Position numbers and translations under genes: made by a program. The notes below the pieces were generated by a model. It had not been told where the DNA came from. It saw only the letters and a list, made by a program, of their open reading frames with translations, and searched no databases. 64,000 bases of DNA from positions 1 through 64,000 of the forward strand of contig NIVC01003197.1 in assembly GCA_002269645.1 (NCBI GenBank), read 5' to 3'. Origin of the DNA: Macrostomum lignano. Taxonomy: Eukaryota. Shown in pieces: positions 1 through 15,000 of the stretch. Each line of letters starts with the position of its first letter. Within the stretch, counting starts at the first letter, position 1.

Positions 1-3000
1 GAAATCTGTTCGAGTTGAGTCTGTAGGTTAGGTGGACCAGCTACTGAGAGCCAAGCCTCAAAACAGACTGAGAGAGCTGCTTCAGTTGTGTCTGTAGGTT
101 ATGTGGACCACCTAAGAGCCAGAGCCTCAAACAGACAGAGAAATCTGTTCGAGTTGTGTCTGTAGGTTAGGTGGACCAGCTACTCCACAGCACTTCTAGG
201 CGACAATCTGAGCCAGGAATCTCCGAGAGCCTCTCTTACACATCCAGATGTTCTGCCTTGATGCTGGACTAGCTCACTTTCTAGGAATCTGTTCTGATTG
301 CATTCTAACAAACTGAAGCATTCTCGGCACTAAACTTTCTCGGCGCTCTGAGATCCAGAGCCTCAGACAGACAGAGAAATCTGATCGAGTTGTGTCTGTA
401 GGTTAGGTGGACCAGCTACTCCACAGCACTTCTAGGCGACAATCTGAGCCAGGAATCTCCGAGAGCCTCTCTTTACACATCCAGATGTTCTGCCTTGATG
501 CTGGACTAGCTCACTTTCTAGGAATCTGTTCTGATTGCATTCTAACAAACTGAAGCATTCTCGGCACTAAACTTTCTCGGCGGCTCTGAGAGCCAGAGCC
601 TTAAACAGACAGAGAAATCTGTTCGAGTTGTGTCTGTAGGTTAGGTGGACCAGCTACTGAGAGCCAAAGCCTCAAACAGACTGAGAGAGCTGTTTCAGTT
701 GTGTCTGTAGGTTATGTGGACCACCTAAGAGCAGAGCCTCAAACAGACAGAGAAATCTGTTCGAGTTGTGTCTGTAGGTTAGGTGAGACCAGCTATTCTA
801 CAGCACTTCTAGGCGATAATCTGAGCCAGGAATCTCCGAGAGCCTCTCGTTACACATCCAGATGTTCTGCCTTGATGCTGGACTAGCTCACTTTCTAGGA
901 AATCTGTTCTGATTGCATTCTAACAAACTGAAGCATTCTCGGCACTAAACTTTCTCGGCGGCTCTGAGATCAGAGCCTCAGACAGACAGAGAAATCTGTT
1001 CGAGTTGAGTCTGTAGGTTAGGTGGACCAGCTATTCTACAGCACTTCTAGCGATAATCTGAGCCAGGAATCTCCGAGAGCTCTCTTTACAATCCAGATGT
1101 TCTGCCTTGATGCTGGACTAGCTCACTTTCTAGGAATCTGTTCTGATTACATTCTAACAAACTGAAGCATTCTCGGCACTAAACTTTCTCGGCGGCTCTG
1201 AGAGCCAGAGCCTTAAACAGACAGAGAAATCTGTTCGAGTTGTGTCTGTAGGTTAGGTGGACCAGCTACTGAGAGCCAAAGCCTCAAACAGACTGAGAGA
1301 GCTGCTTCAGTTGTGTCTGTAGGTTATGTGGACCACCTAAGAGCCAGAGCCTCAAACAGACAGAGAATCTGTTCGAGTTGTGTCTGTAGGTTAGGTGGAC
1401 CAGCTATTCTACGCACTTCTAGGCGATAATCTGAGCCAGGAATCTCCGAGAGCCTCTCGTTACACATTCTCAGATGTTCTGCCTTGATGCTGGACTAGCT
1501 CACTTTCTAGAATCTGTTCTGATTGCATTCTAACAAACTGAAGCATTCTCGGCACTAAACTTTCTCGGCGGCTCTGAGATCCAGAGCCTCAGACAGAAAG
1601 AGAAATCTGATCGAGTTGTGTCTGTAGGTTAGGTGGACCAGCTATTCTACAGCACTTCTAGGCGATAATCTGAGCCAGGAATCTCCGAGAGCCTCTCGTT
1701 ACACATCAGATGTTCTGCCTTGATGCTGGACTAGCTCACTTTCTAGGAATCTGTTCTGATTGCATTCTAACAAACTGAAGCATTCTCGGCACTAAACTTT
1801 CTCGGCGGCTCTGAGAGCCAGAGCCTCAAACAGACAGAGAAATCTGTTCGAGTTGTGTCTGTAGGTTAGGTGGACAGCTATTCTACAGCACTTCTAGGCG
1901 ATAATCTGAGCCAGGAATCTCGAGAGCCTCTCGTTACACATCCAGATGTTCTGCCTTGATGCTGGACTAGCTCACTTTCTAGAATCTGTTCTGATTGCAT
2001 TCTAACAAACTGAAGCATTCTCGGCACTAAACTTTCTCGGCGGCTCTGAGATCCAGAGCCTCAGACAGACAGAGAAATCTGTTCGAGTTGAGTCTGTAGG
2101 TTAGGTGGACCAGCTATTCTACAGCACTTCTAGGCGATAATCTGAGCCAGGAATCTCCGAGAGCTCTCTTTACACATCCAGATGTTCTGCCTTGATGCTG
2201 GACTAGCTCACTTTCTAGGAATCTGTTCTGATTACATTCTAACAAACTGAAGCATTCTCGGCACTAAACTTTCTCGCGGCTCTGAGAGCCAGAGCCTTAA
2301 ACAGACAGAGAAATCTGTTCGAGTTGTGTCTGTAGGTTAGGTGGACCAGCTACTGAGAGCCAAAGCCTCAAACAGACTGAGAGAGCTGCTTCAGTTGTGT
2401 CTGTAGGTTATGTGGACCACCTAAGAGCCAGAGCCTCAACAGACAGAGAAAATCTGTTCGAGTTGTGTCTGTAGGTTAGGTGGAACCAGCTATTCTACAG
2501 CACTTCTAGGCGACAATCTGAGCCAGGAATCTCCGAGAGCTCTCGTTACACATCCAGATGTTCTGCCTTGATGCTGGACTAGCTCACTTTCTAGGAATCT
2601 GTTCTGATTGCATTCTAACAAACTGAAGCATTCTCGGCACTAAACTTTCTCGGCGGCTCTGAGATCCAGAGCCTCAGACAGACAGAGAAATCTGATCGAG
2701 TTGTGTCTGTAGGTTAGGTGGACCAGCTATTCTACAGCACTTCTAGGCGATAATCTGAGCCAGGAATCTCCGAGAGCCTCTCGTTACACATCCAGATGTT
2801 CTGCCTTGATGCTGGACTAGCTCACTTTCTAGGAATCTGTTCTGATTGCATTCTAACAAACTGAATGAAGCATTCTCGGCACTAAACTTTCTCGGCGGCT
2901 CTGAGAGCCAGAGCCTCAAACAGACAGAGAAATCTGTTCGAGTTGTGTCTGTAGGTTAGGTGGACCAGCTATTCTACAGCACTTCTAGGCGATAATCTGA

Positions 3001-6000
3001 GCAGCAGGAATCTCCGAGAGCCTCTCGTTACACATCCAGATGTTCTGCCTTGATGCTGGACTAGCTCACTTTCTAGGAATCTGTTCTGATTGCATTCTAA
3101 CAAACTGAAGCATTCTCGGCACTAAACTTTCTCGGCGGCTCTGAGATTAAGAGCCTCAGACAGACAGAGAAATCTGTTCGAGTTGAGTCTGTAGGTTAGG
3201 TGGACCAGCTACTCCACAGCACTTCTAGGCGATAATCTGAGCCAGGAGTCTCCGAGAGACTTTCGTTACACATCCAGATGTTCTGCCTTGATGCTGGACT
3301 AGCTCACTTTCTAGGAATCTGTTCTGATTACATTCTAACAAACTGAAGCATTCTCGGCACTAAACTTTCTCGGCGGCTCTGAGAGCCAGAGCCTTAAACA
3401 GACAGAGAAATCTGTTCGAGTTGTGTCTGTAGGTTAGGTGGACCAGCTACTGAGAGCCAAAGCCTCAAACAGACTGAGAGAGCTGCTTCAGTTGTGTCTG
3501 TAGGTTATGTGGACCACTAAGAGCCAGAGCCTCAAACAGACAGAGAAATCTGTTCGAGTTGTGTCTGTAGGTTAGGTGGACCAGCTACTCCACAGCACTT
3601 CTAGGCGACAATCTGAGCCAGGAATCTCGAGAGCCTCTCTTTACACATCCAGATGTTCTGCCTTGATGCTGGACTAGCTCCTTTCTAGGAATCTGTTCTG
3701 ATTGCATTCTAACAAACTGAAGCATTCTCGGCACTAAACTTTCTCGGCGGCTCTGAGATCCAGAGCCTCAGACAGACAGAGAAATCTGATCGAGTTGTGT
3801 CTGTAGGTTAGGTGGACCAGCTACTCCACAGCACTTCTAGGCGACAATCTGAGCCAGGAATCTCCGAGAGCCTCTCTTTACACATCCAGATGTTCTGCCT
3901 TGATGCTGGACTAGCTCACTTTCTAGGAATCTGTTCTGATTGCATTCTAACAAACTGAAGCATTCTCGGCACTAAACTTTCTCGGCGGCTCTGAGAGCCA
4001 GAGCCTTAAACAGACAGAGAAATCTGTTCGAGTTGTGTCTGTAGGTTAGGTGGACCAGCTACTGAGAGCCAAAGCCTCAACAGACTGAGAAGCTGTTTCA
4101 GTTGTGTCTGTAGGTTATGTGGACCACCTAGAGCCAGAGCCTCAAACAGACAGAGAATCTGTTCGAGTTGTGTCTGTAGGTTAGGTAGACCAGCTATTCT
4201 ACAGCACTTCTAGGCGATAATCTGAGCCAGAATCTCCGAGAGCCTCTCGTTACACATCCAGATGTTCTGCCTTGATGCTGGACTAGCTCACTTTCTAGGA
4301 ATCTTTCTGATTGCATTCTAACAAACTGAAGCATTCTCGGCACTAAACTTTCTCGGCGGCTCTGAGATCCAGAGCCTCAGACAGACAGAGAAATCTGTTC
4401 GAGTTGAGTCTGTAGGTTAGGTGGACCAGCTATTCTACAGCACTTCTAGGCGACAATCTGAGCCAGGAATCTCCGAGAGCCTCTCTTTACACATCCAGAT
4501 GTTCTGCCTTGATGCTGGACTAGCTCACTTTCTAGGAATCTGTTCTGATTACATTCTAACAAACTGAAGCATTCTCGGCACTAAACTTTCTCGGCGGCTC
4601 TGAGAGCCAGAGCCTTAAACAGACAGAGAAATCTGTTCGAGTTGTGTCTGTAGGTTAGGTGGACAGCTACTGAGAGCCAAAGCCTCAAACAGACTGAGAG
4701 AGCTGCTTCAGTTGTGTCTGTAGGTTATGTGGACCACCTAAGAGCCAGAGCCTCAAACAGACAGAGAAATCTGTTCGAGTTGTGTCTGTAGGTTAGGTGG
4801 ACCAGCTATTCTACAGCACTTCTAGGCGATAATCTGAGCCAGGAATCTCGAGAGCCTCTCGTTACACATCCAGATGTTCTGCCTTGATGCTGGACTAGCT
4901 CACTTTCTAGGAATCTGTTCTGATTGCATTCTAACAAACTGAAGCATTCTCGGCACTAAACTTTCTCGGCGGCTCTGAGATCCAGAGCCTCAGACAGACA
5001 GAGAAATCTGTTCGAGTTTGTGTCTGTAGGTTAGGTGGACCAGCTATTCTACAGCACTTCTAGGCGATAATCTGAGCCAGGAATCTCCGAGAGCCTCTCG
5101 TTACACATCCAGATGTTCTGCCTTGATGCTGGACTAGCTCACTTTCTAGGAATCTGTTCTGATTGCTTCTAACAAACTGAAGCATTCTCGGCACTAAACT
5201 TTCTCGGCGGCTCTGAGAGCCAGACCTCAAAACAGACAGAGAAATCTGTTCGAGTTGTGTCTGTAGGTTAGGTGGACCAGCTATTCTACAGCACTTCTAG
5301 GCGATAATCTGAGCCAGGAATCTCGAGAGCCTCTCGTTACACATCCAGATGTTCTGCCTTGATGCTGGACTAGCTCACTTTCTAGGAATCTGTTCTGATT
5401 GCATTCTAACAAACTGAAGCATTCTCGGCACTAAACTTTCTCGGCGGCTCTGAGATTAAGAGCCTCAGACAGACAGAGAAATCTGTTCGAGTTGAGTCTG
5501 TAGGTTAGGTGGACCAGCTACTCCACAGCACTTCTAGGCGATAATCTGAGCCAGGAGTCTCCGAGAGACTTTCGTTACACATCCAGATGTTCTGCCTTGA
5601 TGCTGGACTAGCTCACTTTCTAGGAATCTGTTCTGATTACATTCTAACAAACTGAAGCATTCTCGGCACTAAACTTTCTCGGCGGCTCTGAGAGCCAGAG
5701 CCTTAAACAGACAGAGAAATCTGTTCGAGTTGAGTCTGTAGGTTAGGTGGACCAGCTACTCCACAGCACTTCTAGGCGATAATCTGAGCCAGGAATCTCC
5801 GAGAGCCTCTCGTTACACATCCAGATGTTCTGCCTTGATGCTGGACTAGCTCACTTTCTAGGAATCTGTCTTTGCATTCTAACAAACTGAAGCATTCTCG
5901 GCACTAAACTTTCTCGGCGGCTCTGAGAGCCAGAGCCTTAAACAGACAGAGAAATCTGTTCGAGTTGTGTCTGTAGGTTAGGTGGACCAGCTACTGAGAG

Positions 6001-9000
6001 CCAAAGCCTCAAACAGACTGAGAGAGCTGCTTCAGTTGTGTCTGTAGGTTATGTGGACCACCTAAGAGCCAGAGCCTCAAACAGACAGAGAAATCTGTTC
6101 GAGTTGTGTCTGTAGGTTAGGTGGACCAGCTATTCTACAGCACTTCTAGGCGATAATCTGAGCCAGGAATCTCCGAGAGCCTCTCGTTACACATCCAGAT
6201 GTTCTGCCTTGATGCTGGACTAGCTCACTTTCTAGGAATCTGTTCTTATTGCATTCTAACAAACTGAAGCATTCTCGGCACTAAACTTTCTCGGCGGCTC
6301 TGAGATCCAGAGCCTCAGACAGACAGAGAAATCTAATCGAGTTGTGTCTGTAGGTTAGGTGGACCAGCTACTCCACAGCACTTCTAGGCGACAATCTGAG
6401 CCAGGAATCTCCGAGAGCCTCTCTTTACACATCCAGATGTTCTGCCTTGATGCTGGACTAGCTCACTTTCTAGGAATCTGTTCTGATTGCATTCTAACAA
6501 ACTGAAGCATTCTCGGCACTAAACTTTCTCGGCGGCTCTGAGAGCCAGAGCCTTAAACAGACAGAGAAATCTGTTCGAGTTGTGTCTGTAGGTTAGGTGG
6601 ACCAGCTACTGAGAGCCAAAGCCTCAAACAGACTGAGAGAGCTGCTTCAGTTGTGTCTGTAGGTTATGTGGACCACCTAAGAGCCAGAGCCTCAAACAGA
6701 CAGAGAAATCTGTTCGAGTTGTGTCTGTAGGTTAGGTGGACCAGCTACTCCACAGCACTTCTAGGCGACAATCTGAGCCAGGAATCTCCGAGAGCCTCTC
6801 TTTACACATCCAGATGTTCTGCCTTGATGCTGGACTAGCTCACTTTCTAGGAATCTGTTTCTGATTGCATTCTAACAAACTGAAGCATTCTCGGCACTAA
6901 ACTTTCTCGGCGGCTCTGAGAGCCAGAGCCTTAAACAGACAGAGAAATCTGTTCGAGTTGTGTCTGTAGGTTAGGTGGACCAGCTACTGAGAGCCAAAGC
7001 CTCAAACAGACTGAGAGAGCTGCTTCAGTTGTGTCTGTAGGTTATGTGGACCACCTAAGAGCCAGAGCCTCAAACAGACAGAGAAATCTGTTCGAGTTGT
7101 GTCTGTAGGTTAGGTGGACCAGCTATTCTACAGCACTTCTAGGCGATAATCTGAGCCAGGAATCTCCGAGAGCCTCTCGTTACACATCCAGATGTTCTGC
7201 CTTGATGCTGGACTAGCTCACTTTCTAGGAATCTGTTCTGATTGCATTCTAACAAACTGAAGCATTCTCGGCACTAAACTTTCTCGGCGGCTCTGAGATC
7301 CAGAGCCTCAGACAGACAGAGAAATCTGATCGAGTTGTGTCTGTAGGTTAGGTGGACCAGCTACTCCACAGCACTTCTAGGCGACAATCTGAGCCAGGAA
7401 TCTCCGAGAGCCTCTCTTTACACATCCAGATGTTCTGCCTTGATGCTGGACTAGCTCACTTTCTAGGAATCTGTTCTGATTGCATTCTAACAAACTGAAG
7501 CATTCTCGCACTAAACTTTCTCGGCGGCTCTGAGAGCCAGAGCCTTAAACAGACAGAGAAATCTGTTCGAGTTGTGTCTGTAGGTTAGGTGGACCAGCTA
7601 CTGAGAGCCAAAGCCTCAAACAGACTGAGAGAGGCGTTCAGTTGTGTCTGTAGGTTATGTGGACCACCTAAGAGCCAGAGCCTCAAACAGACAGAGAAAT
7701 CTGTTCGAGTTGTGTCTGTAGGTTAGGTGGACCAGCTATTCTACAGCACTTCTAGGCGATAATCTGAGCAGGAATCTCCGAGAGCCTCTCGTTACACATC
7801 CAGATGTTCTGCCTTGATGCTGGACTAGCTCACTTTCTAGGAATCTGTTTCTGATTGCATTCTAACAAACTGAAGCATTCTCGGCACTAAACTTTCTCGG
7901 CGGCTCTGAGATCCAGAGCCTCAGACAGACAGAGAAATCTGATCGAGTTGTGTCTGTAGGTTAGGTGGACCAGCTACTCCACAGCACTTCTAGGCGACAA
8001 TCTGAGCCAGGAATCTCCGAGAGCCTCTCTTTACACATCCAGATGTTCTGCCTTGATGCTGGACTAGCTCACTTTCTAAGAATCTGTTCTGATTGCATTC
8101 TAACAAACTGAAGCATTCTCGGCACTAAACTTTCTCGGCGGCTCTGAGAGCCAGAGCCTTAAACAGACAGAGAAATCTGTTCGAGTTGTGTCTGTAGGTT
8201 AGGTGGACCAGCTACTGAGAGCCAAAGCCTCAACAGACTGAGAGAGCTGCTTCAGTTGTGTCTGTAGGTTATGTGGACCACCTAAGAGCCAGAGCCTCAA
8301 ACAGACAGAGAAATCTGTTCGAGTTGTGTCTGTAGGTTAGGTGGACCAGCTACTCCACAGCACTTCTAGGCGATAATCTGAGCCAGGAATCTCCGAGAGC
8401 CTCTCGTTACACATCCAGATGTTCTGCCTTGATGCTGGACTAGCTCACTTTCTAGGAATCTGTTCTGATTGCATTCTAACAAACTGAAGCATTCTCGGCA
8501 CTAAACTTTCTCGGCGGCTCTGAGATCCAGAGCCTCAGACAGACAGAGAAATCTGTTCGAGTTGAGTCTGTAGGTTAGGTGGACCAGCTACTCCACAGCA
8601 CTTCTAGGCGATAATCTGAGCCAGGAGTCTCCGAGAGACTTTCGTTACACATCCAGATGTTCTGCCTTGATGCTGGACTAGCTCACTTTCTAGGAATCTG
8701 TTCTGATTACATTCTAACAAACTGAAGCATTCTCGGCACTAAACTTTCTCGGCGGCTCTGAGAGCCAGAGCCTTAAACAGACAGAGAAATCTGTTCGAGT
8801 TGTGTCTGTAGGTTAGGTGGACCAGCTACTGAGAGCCAAAGCCTCAAACAGACTGAGAGAGCTGCTTCAGTTGTGTCTGTAGGTTATGTGGACCACCTAA
8901 GAGCCAGAGCCTCAAACAGACAGAGAAATCTGTTCGAGTTGTGTCTGTAGGTTAGGTGGACCAGCTATTCTACAGCACTTCTAGGCGATAATCTGAGCCA

Positions 9001-12000
9001 GGAATCTCCGAGAGCCTCTCGTTACACATCCAGATGTTCTGCCTTGATGCTGGACTAGCTCACTTTCTAGGAATCTGTTCTGATTGCATTCTAACAAACT
9101 GAAGCATTCTCGGCACTAAACTTTCTCGGCGGCTCTGAGATCCAGAGCCTCAGACAGACAGAGAAATCTGTTCGAGTTGTGTCTGTAGGTTAGGTGGACC
9201 AGCTACTCCACAGCACTTCTAGGCGATAATCTGAGCCAGGAGTCTCCGAGAGACTTTCGTTACACATCCAGATGTTCTGCCTTGATGCTGGACTAGCTCA
9301 CTTTCTAGGAATCTGTTCTGATTACATTCTAACAAACTGAAGCATTCTCGGCACTAAACTTTCTCGGCGGCTCTGAGAGCCAGAGCCTCAAACAGACAGA
9401 GAAATCTGTTCGAGTTGAGTCTGTAGGTTAGGTGGACCAGCTATTCTACAGCACTTCTAGGCGATAATCTGAGCCAGGAATCTCCAAGAGCCTCTCGTTA
9501 CACATCCAGATGTTCTGCCTTGATGCTGGACTAGCTCACTTTCTAGGAATCTGTTCTGATTGCATTCTAACAAACTGAAGCATTTTCTGCACTAAACTTT
9601 CTCGGCGGCTCTGAGAGCCAGAGCCTTAAACAGACAGAGAAATCTGTTCGAGTTGTGTCTGTAGGTTAGGTGGACCAGCTACTGAGAGCCAAAGCCTCAA
9701 ACAGACTGAGAGAGCTGCTTCAGTTGTGTCTGTAGGTTATGTGGACCACCTAAGAGCCAGAGCCTCAAACAGACAGAGAAATCTGTTCGAGTTGTGTCTG
9801 TAGGTTAGGTGGACCAGCTATTCTACAGCACTTCTAGGCGATAATCTGAGCCAGGAATCTCCGAGAGCCTCTCGTTACACATCCAGATGTTCTGCCTTGA
9901 TGCTGGACTAGCTCACTTTCTAGGAATCTGTTCTGATTGCATTCTAACAAACTGAAGCATTCTCGGCACTAAACTTTCTCGGCGGCTCTGAGATCCAGAG
10001 CCTCAGACAGACAGAGAAATCTGATCGAGTTGTGTCTGTAGGTTAGGTGGACCAGCTACTCCACAGCACTTCTAGGCGACAATCTGAGCCAGGAATCTCC
10101 GAGAGCCTCTCTTTACACATCCAGATGTTCTGCCTTGATGCTGGACTAGCTCACTTTCTAGAATCTGTTCTGATTGCATTCTAACAAACTGAAGCATTCT
10201 CGGCACTAAACTTTCTCGGCGGCTCTGAGAGCCAGAGCCTTAAACAGACAGAGAAATCTGTTCGAGTTGTGTCTGTAGGTTAGGTGGACCAGCTACTGAG
10301 AGCCAAAGCCTCAAACAGACTGAGAGAGGCGTTCAGTTGTGTCTGTAGGTTATGTGGACCACCTAAGAGCCAGAGCCTCAAACAGACAGAGAAATCTGTT
10401 CGAGTTGTGTCTGTAGGTTAGGTGGACCAGCTATTCTACAGCACTTCTAGGCGATAATCTGAGCCAGGAATCTCCGAGAGCTCTCGTTACACATCCAGAT
10501 GTTCTGCCTTGATGCTGGACTAGCTCACTTTCTAGGAATCTGTTCTGATTGCATTCTAACAAACTGAAGCATTCTCGGCACTAAACTTTCTCGGCGGCTC
10601 TGAGATCCAGAGCCTCAGACAGACAGAGAAATCTGATCGAGTTGTGTCTGTAGGTTAGGTGGACCAGCTACTCCACAGCACTTCTAGGCGACAATCTGAG
10701 CCAGGAATCTCCGAGAGCCTCTCTTTACACATCCAGATGTTCTGCCTTGATGCTGGACTAGCTCACTTTCTAGGAATCTGTTCTGATTGCATTCTAACAA
10801 ACTGAAGCATTCTCGCACTAAACTTTCTCGGCGGCTCTGAGAGCCAGAGCCTTAAACAGACAGAGAAATCTGTTCGAGTTGTGTCTGTAGGTTAGGTGGA
10901 CCAGCTACTGAGAGCCAAAGCCTCAAACAGACTGAGAGAGCTGCTTCAGTTGTGTCTGTAGATTATGTGGACCACCTAAGAGCCAGAGCCTCAAACAGAC
11001 AGAGAAATCTGTTCGAGTTGTGTCTGTAGGTTAGGTGGACCAGCTATTCTACAGCACTTCTAGGCGATAATCTGAGCCAGGAATCTCCGAGAGCCTCTCG
11101 TTACACATCCAGATGTTCTGCCTTGATGCTGGACTAGCTCACTTTCTAGGAATCTGTTCTGATTGCATTCTAACAAACTGAAGCATTCTCGGCACTAAAC
11201 TTTCTCGGCGGCTCTGAGATCCAGAGCCTCAGACAGACAGAGAAATCTGTTCGAGTTGAGTCTGTAGGTTAGGTGGACCAGCTACTCCACAGCACTTCTA
11301 GGCGATAATCTGAGCCAGGAGTCTCCGAGAGACTTTCGTTACACATCCAGATGTTCTGCCTTGATGCTGGACTAGCTCACTTTCTAGGAATCTGTTCTGA
11401 TTACATTCTAACAAACTGAAGCATTCTCGGCACTAAACTTTCTCGGCGGCTCTGAGAGCCAGAGCCTTAAACAGACAGAGAAATCTGTTCGAGTTGTGTC
11501 TGTAGGTTAGGTGGACCAGCTACTGAGAGCCAAAGCCTCAAACAGACTGAGAGAGCTGCTTCAGTTGTGTCTGTAGGTTATGTGGACCACCTAAGAGCCA
11601 GAGCCTCAAACAGACAGAGAAATCTGTTCGAGTTGTGTCTGTAGGTTAGGTGGACCAGCTTTTCTACAGCACTTCTAGGCGATAATCTGAGCCAGGAATC
11701 TCCGAGAGCCTCTCGTTACACATCCAGATGTTCTGCCTTGATGCTGGACTAGCTCACTTTCTAGGAATCTGTTCTGATTGCATTCTAACAAACTGAAGCA
11801 TTCTCGGCACTAAACTTTCTCGGCGGCTCTGAGATCCAGAGCCTCAGACAGACAGAGAAATCTGTTCGAGTTGAGTCTGTAGGTTAGGTGGACCAGCTAC
11901 TCCACAGCACTTCTAGGCGATAATCTGAGCCAGGAGTCTCCGAGAGACTTTCGTTACACATCCAGATGTTCTGCCTTGATGCTGGACTAGCTCACTTTCT

Positions 12001-15000
12001 AGGAATCTGTTCTGATTACATTCTAACAAACTGAAGCATTCTCGGCACTAAACTTTCTCGGCGGCTCTGAGAGCCAGAGCCTTAAACAGACAGAGAAATC
12101 TGTTCGAGTTGTGTCTGTAGGTTAGGTGGACCAGCTACTGAGAGCCAAAGCCTCAAACAGACTGAGAGAGCTGCTTCAGTTGTGTCTGTAGGTTATGTGG
12201 ACCACCTAAGAGCCAGAGCCTCAAACAGACAGAGAAATCTGTTCGAGTTGTGTCTGTAGGTTAGGTGGACCAGCTATTCTACAGCACTTCTAGGCGATAA
12301 TCTGAGCCAGGAATCTCCGAGAGCCTCTCGTTACACATCCAGATGTTCTGCCTTGATGCTGGACTAGCTCACTTTCTAGGAATCTGTTCTGATTGCATTC
12401 TAACAAACTGAAGCATTCTCGGCACTAAACTTTCTCGGCGGCTCTGAGATCCAGAGCCTCAGACAGACAGAGAAATCTGTTCGAGTTGTGTCTGTAGGTT
12501 AGGTGGACCAGCTACTCCACAGCACTTCTAGGCGATAATCTGAGCCAGGAGTCTCCGAGAGACTTTCGTTACACATCCAGATGTTCTGCCTTGATGCTGG
12601 ACTAGCTCACTTTCTAGGAATCTGTTCTGATTACATTCTAACAAACTGAAGCATTCTCGGCACTAAACTTTCTCGGCGGCTCTGAGATCCAGAGCCTCAG
12701 ACAGACAGAGAAATCTGTTCGAGTTGAGTCTGTAGGTTAGGTGGACCAGCTACTCCACAGCACTTCTAGGCGATAATCTGAGCCAGGAGTCTCCGAGAGA
12801 CTTTCGTTACACATCCAGATGTTCTGCCTTGATGCTGGACTAGCTCACTTTCTAGGAATCTGTTCTGATTACATTCTAACAAACTGAAGCATTCTCGGCA
12901 CTAAACTTTCTCGGCGGCTCTGAGAGCCAGAGCCTTAAACAGACAGAGAAATCTGTTCGAGTTGTGTCTGTAGGTTAGGTGGACCAGCTACTGAGAGCCA
13001 AAGCCTCAAACAGACTGAGAGAGCTGCTTCAGTTGTGTCTGTAGGTTATGTGGACCACCTAAGAGCCAGAGCCTCAAACAGACAGAGAAATCTGTTCGAG
13101 TTGTGTCTGTAGGTTAGGTGGACCAGCTATTCTACAGCACTTCTAGGCGATAATCTGAGCCAGGAATCTCCGAGAGCCTCTCGTTACACATCCAGATGTT
13201 CTGCCTTGATGCTGGACTAGCTCACTTTCTAGGAATCTGTTCTGATTGCATTCTAACAAACTGAAGCATTCTCGGCACTAAACTTTCTCGGCGGCTCTGA
13301 GATCCAGAGCCTCAGACAGACAGAGAAATCTGTTCGAGTTGTGTCTGTAGGTTAGGTGGACCAGCTACTCCACAGCACTTCTAGGCGATAATCTGAGCCA
13401 GGAGTCTCCGAGAGACTTTCGTTACACATCCAGATGTTCTGCCTTGATGCTGGACTAGCTCACTTTCTAGGAATCTGTTCTGATTACATTCTAACAAACT
13501 GAAGCATTCTCGGCACTAAACTTTCTCGGCGGCTCTGAGAGCCAGAGCCTCAAACAGACAGAGAAATCTGTTCGAGTTGAGTCTGTAGGTTAGGTGGACC
13601 AGCTATTCTACAGCACTTCTAGGCGATAATCTGAGCCAGGAATCTCCAAGAGCCTCTCGTTACACATCCAGATGTTCTGCCTTGATGCTGGACTAGCTCA
13701 CTTTCTAGGAATCTGTTCTGATTGCATTCTAACAAACTGAAGCATTTTCTGCACTAAACTTTCTCGGCGGCTCTGAGAGCCAGAGCCTTAAACAGACAGA
13801 GAAATCTGTTCGAGTTGTGTCTGTAGGTTAGGTGGACCAGCTACTGAGAGCCAAAGCCTCAAACAGACTGAGAGAGCTGCTTCAGTTGTGTCTGTAGGTT
13901 ATGTGGACCACCTAAGAGCCAGAGCCTCAAACAGACAGAGAAATCTGTTCGAGTTGTGTCTGTAGGTTAGGTGGACCAGCTATTCTACAGCACTTCTAGG
14001 CGATAATCTGAGCCAGGAATCTCCGAGAGCCTCTCGTTACACATCCAGATGTTCTGCCTTGATGCTGGACTAGCTCACTTTCTAGGAATCTGTTCTGATT
14101 GCATTCTAACAAACTGAAGCATTCTCGGCACTAAACTTTCTCGGCGGCTCTGAGATCCAGAGCCTCAGACAGACAGAGAAATCTGATCGAGTTGTGTCTG
14201 TAGGTTAGGTGGACCAGCTACTCCACAGCACTTCTAGGCGACAATCTGAGCCAGGAATCTCCGAGAGCCTCTCTTTACACATCCAGATGTTCTGCCTTGA
14301 TGCTGGACTAGCTCACTTTCTAGGAATCTGTTCTGATTGCATTCTAACAAACTGAAGCATTCTCGGCACTAAACTTTCTCGGCGGCTCTGAGAGCCAGAG
14401 CCTTAAACAGACAGAGAAATCTGTTCGAGTTGTGTCTGTAGGTTAGGTGGACCAGCTACTGAGAGCCAAAGCCTCAAACAGACTGAGAGAGGCGTTCAGT
14501 TGTGTCTGTAGGTTATGTGGACCACCTAAGAGCCAGAGCCTCAAACAGACAGAGAAATCTGTTCGAGTTGTGTCTGTAGGTTAGGTGGACCAGCTATTCT
14601 ACAGCACTTCTAGGCGATAATCTGAGCCAGGAATCTCCGAGAGCCTCTCGTTACACATCCAGATGTTCTGCCTTGATGCTGGACTAGCTCACTTTCTAGG
14701 AATCTGTTCTGATTGCATTCTAACAAACTGAAGCATTCTCGGCACTAAACTTTCTCGGCGGCTCTGAGATCCAGAGCCTCAGACAGACAGAGAAATCTGA
14801 TCGAGTTGTGTCTGTAGGTTAGGTGGACCAGCTACTCCACAGCACTTCTAGGCGACAATCTGAGCCAGGAATCTCCGAGAGCCTCTCTTTACACATCCAG
14901 ATGTTCTGCCTTGATGCTGGACTAGCTCACTTTCTAGGAATCTGTTCTGATTGCATTCTAACAAACTGAAGCATTCTCGGCACTAAACTTTCTCGGCGGC

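Noticed and set aside
1-5500. Higher density of 1-4 bp indels in the first part of the satellite
   Set aside because: Scattered homopolymer and dinucleotide indels look like unpolished long-read errors, so they were not interpreted biologically.
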